Source: Myxococcota bacterium
GTDB taxonomy: Bacteria; Myxococcota_A; UBA796; GCA-2862545
Direction of reading: 5' to 3'
Length of the DNA: 36,378 nt
Assembly (NCBI GenBank): GCA_039208735.1
Contig: JBCCQY010000090.1
Location: 1-36,378 of the forward strand
Numbering within the stretch: the first letter of the stretch is position 1; the number at the start of each line of letters is the position of its first letter. This document shows positions 1-7,990 of the stretch, piece by piece. The translations under genes and the position numbers were made by a program. The notes beneath the pieces are model-generated. The model worked only from the letters and a program-made list of their open reading frames with translations, was not told the origin of the DNA and ran no database searches.

Positions 1-2
1 CG

Positions 3-1190
3 ACGAAGTTCGTTCGGGTCCGCCTCGACAAAGTCACGAACCTCATGTCGTTGGCCGGCGAAATCGGCCGGGCTCTCGGAACCGTACTGGACCTCCCTGC
101 GGTGCGGGCCGAAATCGAACGCGAGGATGTCGGTGCCGTCGCGGACCGCCTCGAAGGTCTGATTCGCGATCTGCAAGACGGAAGCGCGAGCCTTCGCCTC
201 GTCCCCATTTCGAACGCCTTCGCGCCACTGAATCGCGCGGTTCGCGACCTGTCGATGCGGACCGGAAAGCCCCTCGAGTTGACCACCGAGGGCGAAGACA
301 TTGAGATTGACAAGCTGATGGTGGAGGCGCTGACCGATCCGCTGATTCACCTGGTGCGAAACGCCGCGGACCATGGCATCGAGCCCCCCGATGTACGGGC
401 CGACATGGGCAAGCCCAAGGGTGGGCGCCTACACCTGTCGGCCCATCACCGGGGTGACCACGTGATGGTGCTCATTCAAGACGATGGACGCGGTCTTGAC
501 CGGCAGGGCATCCTTGACAAGGCCATTCGCCAAGGGCTCATCACGCCTGAGGTCAGCGCCGAACTCCCCGATCGGGACGTCTGGGAACTCGTCTTCAAGT
601 CCGGCTTCTCCACCGCATCCGGGGTCTCCGAAATCTCCGGGCGAGGGGTCGGCATGGAGGTGGTCCGAAGCTCGATCGTGGCTCTAGGAGGGACGGTCCG
701 CATCCAAAGTGAAAAGGGCCGCGGCACCACGGTCCAAATGATCTTGCCGCTTACGCTGGCCTTCCTCGATGGGATGGTCGTGCGGTCGGGCGAAGTCACC
801 TACGTGATTCCCATCACCAGCATCGCCCAGGTGTTCCGTGCCGAAGTCAAGGATGTCGAGCGCGTCGAGTCCGAACGCATGGACCTCATCCACGTAGGCG
901 ACGAACTGGTCCGTGGACTGTGCCTCCAGCGCTTCTACGCGCCCGAGAAGCACCCCGAGCCCGTCGATTGGATCGGCCGACTCGTGGTGGTCGTTCGAAC
1001 TTCACGGGGCATGCTCGCGATTCCCATCGACGAGCTGCTCGGGCATGAGAAGGTCACGATGAAGCCGCTGACAGGTCCCCTTGGCGGCATTCGCGCCAGC
1101 GCGGGCTGTGGCCTGCTCCGTTCGGGCGGCGTCGCCATCGCGCTGAACTGCGAATACCTCAACGAACAGTTGCCGGCGGACGACGCTTAG
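3..1190 (+). CDS. cheA: Chemotaxis histidine kinase CheA, 5'-truncated by the window edge
   Basis: Frame is open from position 3 (TKFVRVRLDKVTNLMSLAGE, dimerisation domain). HATPase motifs DPLIHLVRNAADHGIE, IQDDGRGLD and GFSTASGVSEISGRGVGM, then a C-terminal CheW-like domain (LPLTLA…). Confidence 0.95.
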   Translation, partial: TKFVRVRLDKVTNLMSLAGEIGRALGTVLDLPAVRAEIEREDVGAVADRLEGLIRDLQDGSASLRLVPISNAFAPLNRAVRDLSMRTGKPLELTTEGEDIEIDKLMVEALTDPLIHLVRNAADHGIEPPDVRADMGKPKGGRLHLSAHHRGDHVMVLIQDDGRGLDRQGILDKAIRQGLITPEVSAELPDRDVWELVFKSGFSTASGVSEISGRGVGMEVVRSSIVALGGTVRIQSEKGRGTTVQMILPLTLAFLDGMVVRSGEVTYVIPITSIAQVFRAEVKDVERVESERMDLIHVGDELVRGLCLQRFYAPEKHPEPVDWIGRLVVVVRTSRGMLAIPIDELLGHEKVTMKPLTGPLGGIRASAGCGLLRSGGVAIALNCEYLNEQLPADDA

Positions 1191-1953
1191 CCAGCACATT
1201 CACCCCGCTAACGCCGAACTTTCGGGCAACAGCCTCTTTGGAGGTGCCTTCGAAGGTGTCGAAGCGATGGGTGACGCGAACCGATGTGAAGTCCAACTCA
1301 TCGAGCAAACGAAGAAGCTCTGCCTCCGGCAGAGCACCACCGATTCAAGCCGCCCATAGATCGATGTCCGAACGAATCCCCTCCGACAGCTCACTCGCCA
1401 CCACGATGTCCGCGAACTGAAGCCGTCCCGTCGGCTTGAGGACTCGCGCAATCTCCCCAAATGCGACCTCTTTGTCGGGAGCCAGGTTCAGCACACCGTT
1501 GGAGATGACCACATCAACGCTGGCGTCGGGCAAAGGCAGCGCCATCACATCGCCCTCGAGCACGGACACCTGGGGCAACCCTTCGGCGGCCTTCCGAGCC
1601 CGGTCGCGCATCGACGCCGTAAAATCGACACCAATGACCTTCCCCGTTGGTCCCACGGCCTGGGCCGCAACAAGCAGGTCCGTGCCGGTTCCCGAACCGA
1701 TGTCCACCACGGTCTGTCCGGTCGTCAACGGAGCGATGACATGGGGGTTGCCGACCCCGGCGAACGAATCGGTGACCTCGGCCGGCAGCTCCGACAGTAC
1801 CCGGGGGTCGTAGCTCAGGCGCTCGACAGCAAACGACGCTCCGCGGTGGAAGTGAAAGTCACCCTCTGGCTCGAGGGCAACGCGGTGGTAGAGTCGACGA
1901 ACCTCCTCGCGCAGTCGCGCACGGTCGAGGTCGATGGGACAAGCGTAGGCCAT
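1159..1953 (-). CDS. ArsM-like SAM-dependent methyltransferase, putative selenoprotein (U at TGA 1345-1347), 264 aa
   Basis: ATG at 1953 preceded by AGGAGG. SAM motif VVDIGSGTGTD and DVVISNGVLNLAPDK. The TGA lies in DLWAA*IGGAL, matching the LWxGCIxGAL motif of ArsM-like proteins. The frame continues 61 codons (IGGALPEAELLRLLDELDFTSVRVTHRFDTFEGTSKEAVARKFGVSGVNVLAKRRPPATVR) to TGA 1159-1161, and a SECIS-like hairpin follows the internal TGA. Confidence 0.85.
1317..1335 (-). promoter_or_regulatory. Putative bacterial SECIS element of the methyltransferase
   Basis: mRNA reads UGA-AUCGGUGGU-GCUCUGCC-GGA-GGCAGAGC: a perfect 8-bp stem with a G-initiated apical loop 17 nt after the UGA. Confidence 0.75.
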
Positions 1954-2001
1954 GGGTCCTCCTTGCCCCCTCGATGTCACCGAGCGGTCCTTACCACAGG
2001 C

Positions 2002-5000
2002 TTACTGCTCGGCGAGGACCACCCATCCTTCAATCCCCGCGGCCCCCAATCGGTTCATTGCCCCCTCCGCCGCCGCTTCGAGCGCTGCAGCATCGGTCGG
2101 CTTCCCAAGTTCACGAAGGGCGTGGGCCCACACCTGCCGAGTCCGGGCCAATTCGTAGGGCGCCGCGGCCTTGTCGTAGGCCTCGGCCGCGGCCCGCAGT
2201 GCCTCAATGGCATCCGCAGGGGCCCCTCGCGCGACCTGCAACCGACCCCGGGCTTGGGTCGCCATCCCGACCCACGCGAGGCTTCCGTACTCATCGGAAA
2301 GCGCCTCGAGTTCACGGACATGGACTTCGGCCTGGTCCAGGTCGCCGGCCGCGATGGCTACGCGAACGGCCTCAGGCAACAGCAACGCACTGCAGGTCAC
2401 GCACGCCCCATGGCCAGCCGCCACCGCAGCCCCGACCTCCATACACTGCATCGCGGCTGCAATATCCTTAGCCGCGAGCCGATTCCGCGCCATCGAGGCG
2501 TGCATGCGTGTGAGGCAGTGAGACCGCATGGTGGCGCGTTCCGCGACCGCCACGCCATCCGCCAGGATCTCCCAGGCTTCATCGAGTCGACCCATCGCGG
2601 TAAGGAGGACCCCCAGTCGCTGCTGAGACAACGATTCACCCGAAGCCGAGCCGAGTTCACGGTACAAGGTGATGGCTCGTTGAAGGTCTTGCTCGGCCTC
2701 AGCCCAGTCGCCGGATTGGTACGACAACGCACCGCCAAAGTTCAGGCAGAGCGCCTCGGCGCGAGGGGCTCCCATGCGTTTGGCCTGCCCCCGGGTACGG
2801 GCAACCATGTCGATGAGCTGGGCATGTTCGCGATCACCATACAGGTGATACTCCCATAGTCAAAGATGAACGTCGAACGACTGCGCGACGTCGACGGGCC
2901 CTCCCACCAGGGCTTCGCGTTGCGCTTCGTAGCGCTCTCCTTCGTGCCACGACCCAAGCGAATGGCACGCCAGCGCCAGCATCTCGTAGCCACGAGCAAT
3001 CGATTTAGGGTCGCGCGTGCGTTCGGCAGCCGCCAAACAGCTCTCGGCCACCGCATAGGCCTCATCGTGGCGGTTTTGGTGCCATCGCAGCTGCGCCAGG
3101 TAGTACAGCGTGTCGGTGAGCTGAGCGTCGTCGTCGCTGGCCTCGAGCGCTTCGAGCGCCGCCTGGATGCGAACCTCAGCGGGCTCGAGATGGCCGCTCG
3201 TAATGAGGGCCAGCCCCCCGAGCCGCAATGCACGGCCTCGATTCGCCGGACTGGGCGCCCAACCAGCAGACCGCAACTCCGCCGCCCGGTCAAGCGAGGC
3301 CACCGCTGCCTCAAGCTGGGACAGCAACAGCTGGGCTTGTCCAAGTCCAAGCAGGATTTCAAACATCTGCGAATCCGCCGGCTGGTCCCCGAGCAGTTCG
3401 AGCGCCTCGTTGTAGAACGCCACCACCTCGCGCAGACCGGTCTGCTGGCGCGCGCGTTGGGCGGCTTCAATCAAGTACGGAATGGCTCGGTCCACGTCAT
3501 TGGCCAGCCGATGGTGCCGAGCCAACCGCTCGACCCGGTCCGACAGGCGGGGCCACCGCTCCTCGATGTTTCGAGCCACCTCGCGATGCACAAGACGTAG
3601 TCGTGCCGATGTGATGCTGCTGTGGACCGCCTCCTGGACCAACGCATGCCGAAACCGGTATCGGTCGTCGTCCTCGCGGAGCAGGTCCGCATCGAGACAG
3701 CGCTCTAGGGCATCGAGCGCCGATTCCGATCGGAGGCTTGCCACATCCGCCGCCAAGTCGAATTCGAAGTGTTGCCCCACCACCGCGGCGGCCCGCATCA
3801 GTGCGTTCGCATCGTCACCCAGACGATGGATGCGATCGAGGACCGCATCTCGAAGCTCTCCGGGTAAGGCGATCTTTCCCGTTTCCGACCACGCGTGGAC
3901 CAGCTCTTCGACGTAGAACGGGTTCCCCTCCGCCAGATCGTGGATGCGGGCAACGATTGGCGTGGTGGGTGCGTCATTGACCAACTGAGCAATGAAATGG
4001 GAGGTCGTGGCTTGATCGAAGGGCAGTAGATCAATGCGCGTCAGCAACCGTTCTCGATGCAGGGCCGCCACCACGCTGTGCAACGGTGCACCGACGATGA
4101 GCCCTTCGGGCCGCGCAGTGGCGATGAGCACAACCCCCGAAGTTCGCGTTGTGCGCGCCAAGTAGTGGAGCAGGTGAAGGCTCGACCCATCGGCCTGGTG
4201 GAGATCGTCGAGCACCAAACAGACTCGTCGACCCGCTCCAATCGCATTGAGCGCCTGCTCCACGGCCTGGTAAAGCCGCAGCGTGTCGTCCTGAACGGCG
4301 CCCGAAGGCTCAAACGCAAGAAAGGGATTGTCGCCACTACCCGACATTCGGTCCCACGCCGTGAATGCTTCGATGAACGGTGCGAACGGCGGCATGCCTT
4401 CGAAGTCAAGGCCTGCGCCCGCCAGCAAGACGGCGCCATCGGCCTCGGCGAATCGTGCGGCCTCGACCGCAAGACGGGTCTTGCCAATACCAGCCGTGCC
4501 CGTAATCAAGAGCACGCCGCCTTGGGCCTGCGAAAACTCGCGAACTTCATCAAGTTCGGCCTGACGCCCAAGGAGGGGAGCCGGGTCGCGAGTCCCCAAG
4601 AGGATGCGAGAGAGGCGCGGCCAGCCAGACTCCTGCGGCGTAGGCGTACTCCGCGACCGAGACGCCAACGACTCGGCCAGTGCGACGGTGGCTCCAGAGG
4701 GCGAAACCCCACGTTCGGCCAGCGCCTGTTCACAGGTGGTGTATTGGTCCATCGCCTCGGCGATTCGACCGGTGTCCGCGAGCCCTCGCATGAGCAAACG
4801 ATGGGCCTCTTCGATGGCCGTTTCGATGGCCAGCAAATGGCGCAAGACCGCGGTCGCTCGGTCCGGGTGACTGGCGAGGGCCCGGCGCGCGCACCGCAGG
4901 GAGCTGTCGATGAAGTGTTGGCGCAAGGCCTCGATCCGGGCGTCCAACATGTCGAGATCGAGTCCCGGGGTGCCCCGATAGAGGTCGAGCGCCTCCGGAT

Positions 5001-5328
5001 CGTCCGCATGGCAGCCGGCCTCGAAGGCCGCCACATCCACCCAGACGTCCTCGGCGAGCCGCACCTGTGGACCATCGATCGAGACCCAAGGCCCACCTCC
5101 GAGCGCCTTGCGAACGTCGTGCAGTGCACGATGCAGGTTGTTGGCACCTCGGGAGGGGTCCTTACCGGGCCAAAATCCCGAGATCAGATCGGCCTTCGGC
5201 ACCGCGTGCCCCTCGGCCACCGCGAGGGCCGTGAGCAGATCAACGGCTCGCTTCCGGCGCCAGGTGGCGGCCGGAAGGGGTCCATCATCGAGTCGCACTT
5301 CGAACCGACCTAGGACCGACAACCGCAT
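2002..5328 (-). CDS. SARP/BTAD-domain STAND (AAA ATPase)-TPR transcriptional regulator, putative selenoprotein (U823 at TGA 2860-2862), 1108 aa
   Basis: N-terminal wHTH/BTAD (LSVLGRFEV…WRRKRAVDLL…EEAHRLLMRGL), Walker A GTAGIGKT, Walker B LVLDDLH, GNPFYVEEL, FRHALVQE, then TPR-like helices. ORFs 2860..5328 and 2002..2808 are in the same frame and joined by SFDVHL*LWEYHLYGDREHAQLIDMVAR with one TGA, followed by a SECIS-like hairpin. Confidence 0.8.
2833..2849 (-). promoter_or_regulatory. Putative bacterial SECIS element of the STAND regulator
   Basis: mRNA reads UGA-CUAUGGGAGU-AUCACC-UGUAU-GGUGAU: a 6-bp stem with a GU-containing loop 16 nt after the UGA. It may extend via a bulged U and a G-C pair. 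Confidence 0.65.
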
Positions 5329-5439
5329 CCAATCTCCATTGTTCGGCAGACCTTACCGCATGGGGAGGGTCCTGGGTCAGCCAGGAGTAAGGAGGACTCG
5401 GCGACAGTTCGAGTGCCAAGCAAAAACGGAGGCATTCCA

Positions 5440-5811
5440 ATGTCGCTCAACAACAATGCCAAGCTCGTCGTCGTTCTCACTCAACATGGTGGCCATGACA
5501 CCGCAACGGTTGGGTTTACCATTGCCAACGCGGCGCTCTCCCAAGGCAAGGACGTGGCAATCTTCCTGACGTCGGACGCCGTGGACCTCGCCCGTCAGGG
5601 CGCGAATGACCTAGCTGAAGTCCGACCCTTCCGCCCTCTAGCCAGCCTCATCGAGGACTTCACGGCCCATGGCGGCGTGGTATGGGCGTGCTCGCCTTGC
5701 TTCCAACATCGTGGCCAGCGCGTTGAAGACAACGTCGATGGGGTGACCGTGACGGGCGCGGGACCCATGCTCGAATGGATCGACGCCGGCGCGTCGACCA
5801 TCTGTTTGTAA
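5440..5811 (+). CDS. DsrE/DsrF-family protein
   Basis: GGAGG before ATG 5440. DsrE-like pattern TVGFTIANAAL…VAIFLTSDAVDLA…GGVVWACSPCFQHRG (CxxC). Confidence 0.85.
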   Translation: MSLNNNAKLVVVLTQHGGHDTATVGFTIANAALSQGKDVAIFLTSDAVDLARQGANDLAEVRPFRPLASLIEDFTAHGGVVWACSPCFQHRGQRVEDNVDGVTVTGAGPMLEWIDAGASTICL

Positions 5812-5817
5812 GCCGCC

Positions 5818-6993
5818 ATGCCCCCGGTCTACCTCGACCATGCGGCCACCACTCAGGTGGACGAATCCGTCCTCGCGGCGATGCTGCCCGCGTTCCGTGA
5901 GGCCTTTGGCAACCCGGCGAGCCGGGGTCATGCGATAGGCCGACGCGCATCAAAAGCGGTCGATGACGCGCGATTTGCTGTCGCAACCTTGATCGGTGCG
6001 CGATCGATGCGCGACATCCTGTTTACCTCGGGGGCCACCGAGGCCAACAACCTCGCACTGAGCGGGCTTCTTCGGCCGGGGGCCCACCTCATCACCGCCC
6101 GCACGGAGCACAAGTCCGTTCTCGATACGGCATTGCACCTGACCCAGCACGGGGTCACGGTCACGGTGTTGGACGTGCAACCCGATGGTCGGGTCGACCC
6201 GGCCGCCGTCGCAGCCGCGCTCCGCCCCGAGACCGCGCTGGTCAGTCTGATGTTGGTGAACAACGAAACCGGTGCCCGACATCCCATCGAGGCTATCTCT
6301 CCGATCGTCCAGCAGGCCGGCGTGCCGCTGCACGTCGACGGCACCCAGGCGGTGGGTCAACTTCCCGTGGAGGTGCAGACCATGGGGATCGACCTGCTCA
6401 GCCTCTCTGGCCATAAGCTGTATGGCCCCATGGGTGTCGGAGCCCTGTACATTCGGCGGGAAGTGCGCCGTCATCTCGTCCCCATGCTCCGCGGAGGAGC
6501 ACAAGAGGGCGGGACACGGGCGGGTACCCTCAACGTGCCGGGCATCGTGGGCCTGGGCGCAGCCTGTCAACTTGCCACAGACGTGTTGCCTGCCACAGAA
6601 CCACAGATTCGGCACCTCCGGCAGCGCCTATGGGCGGGCCTAAAGCCACTCGGCCGGGTGCATCGTCAGGGGCCAACCGACGAAGCAGCCCTCGCCCCTG
6701 GGATCCTCAACGTCGCGTTTGAAGGCGCCGACCGCAGCGCCGTACTCCCCCGAATCCCCGAACTCGCGGTGTCGGGCGGCAGCGCGTGCACCGAAGGGTC
6801 ACTCGCCATCAGCCATGTGTTGGACGCGATGGGCGTCTCTGCCGAGCGCGCCAAGACGGTCATCCGCTTCAGCCTCGGTCGCCACACCACAGCCGAAGCT
6901 ATCGATTTCACGATCGACCGGATGACCGCAGCCGTGCAAGCGGTCCGTCAGAGCGATTCGAGGCACAGGGATGCTTCACCGCGGTCAAGGTGA
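5818..6993 (+). CDS. NifS/IscS-like (group I) PLP-dependent cysteine desulfurase
   Basis: YLDHAATT, FTSGATEANN, VNNETG, HVDGTQ, SGHKLYGPMGVG (PLP Lys), RAGTLNV and SGGSACT (catalytic Cys). Starts 6 nt after the dsrE stop. Confidence 0.93.
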   Translation: MPPVYLDHAATTQVDESVLAAMLPAFREAFGNPASRGHAIGRRASKAVDDARFAVATLIGARSMRDILFTSGATEANNLALSGLLRPGAHLITARTEHKSVLDTALHLTQHGVTVTVLDVQPDGRVDPAAVAAALRPETALVSLMLVNNETGARHPIEAISPIVQQAGVPLHVDGTQAVGQLPVEVQTMGIDLLSLSGHKLYGPMGVGALYIRREVRRHLVPMLRGGAQEGGTRAGTLNVPGIVGLGAACQLATDVLPATEPQIRHLRQRLWAGLKPLGRVHRQGPTDEAALAPGILNVAFEGADRSAVLPRIPELAVSGGSACTEGSLAISHVLDAMGVSAERAKTVIRFSLGRHTTAEAIDFTIDRMTAAVQAVRQSDSRHRDASPRSR

Positions 6994-7865
6994 ATGGAAT
7001 CCCAGGTTCGACCGCACTCGTGTTGGTCGTCTTCCATCGAAGGACAGGTGTCACGAATCGCGCAGTAATGGCGCATCTGCAGCACGTTCTCACTACTTCC
7101 GTCGAAGTAGAACGTGCCCAAGTACACCCGATCCGGGATGCGACCATCGTTGTCGTAATCCTGAACGATGTACTCACCGTTGCAATTTCCTTCGAGCGGC
7201 AGACCCGCAGGATTTGCTTCATTGTACACGCGGTAGTAGCCGGACTCGTTGCGCTGGCTGGCCCCCGATTCCGCCACCTCGTTCTTGTAGACGGCGTACC
7301 ACCCCTCGCGGGGCACATCTTCGAGGGTCACTTCTACCGTTGCGGAAAAATCGCGCTTGCTAATCCCCTTTCGCGGCCGCCTATAGTTCACCGATGAATC
7401 ACAATCATCGGCGTCAAACACGCGAGGGAGCGTGTCGCTGATGGCAATTCCTGAAAGGTCCACCCCGGTCACGCCGAAGAACCCACCAAACACGGTGTTG
7501 AGCGCACGGTCCCCGGTACGGCGGACGGTGGCTTGCGTGGCTTCGATTTCGGCGTTGCTCACTAACGTTCCACTCTTGCGATCGACGGTGCCCCAGGTCA
7601 GCGGCTCTAGCACGAACGTGCCTCCGTCCTTGGCGACGTAGGCGCGGACGAGTTGATCCGCGATGGCCTGTGCCTCGGAGGTCGTGTGACCTTTGTTGTA
7701 GGCAACGATGGCCGTCTGCGCGGCGGAGTACGCCACGAGTTCGGCTTCACTGGCCGCCAATGACGCGCGTGTCAGGTCGATCGAAAGTGCGCCCACGGCG
7801 ATGACCGGAACCACGCCTGCCGCAAGCAACATCGCATATTGTCCCCTTCGGCCTTGAAGCTGCAC
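6948..7865 (-). CDS. TadG-like (Flp pilus assembly) protein with an unassigned C-terminal domain
   Basis: GTG 7865 after GGAGG. RRGQYAMLL…GALSIDL…SAAQTA resembles the TadG N-terminal pseudopilin-like segment. The C-terminus is Cys/Asp-rich and probably extracellular. Confidence 0.6.
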   Translation of the reverse strand: MQLQGRRGQYAMLLAAGVVPVIAVGALSIDLTRASLAASEAELVAYSAAQTAIVAYNKGHTTSEAQAIADQLVRAYVAKDGGTFVLEPLTWGTVDRKSGTLVSNAEIEATQATVRRTGDRALNTVFGGFFGVTGVDLSGIAISDTLPRVFDADDCDSSVNYRRPRKGISKRDFSATVEVTLEDVPREGWYAVYKNEVAESGASQRNESGYYRVYNEANPAGLPLEGNCNGEYIVQDYDNDGRIPDRVYLGTFYFDGSSENVLQMRHYCAIRDTCPSMEDDQHECGRTWDSIHLDRGEASLCLESL

Positions 7866-7990
7866 GAATCCACCTCCACAGCGCAATGGATCACGCCGAC
7901 TCCTCAGACGTACCAACGTTCGGAAAATCCGCCAAGAAATTGCCCGAGATCTATTCTTTCATAAGACCACACATTCGCCAGGTTCGCGAT

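Noticed and set aside
1345..1953. Assigning the gene symbol arsM
   Set aside because: Key ArsM cysteines are replaced and no ars genes are nearby.
2002..2808. Independent 268-aa TPR gene starting at ATG 2808
   Set aside because: No clear RBS, and it is in frame with the upstream regulator across a single TGA. It is better explained as that protein's C-terminus.
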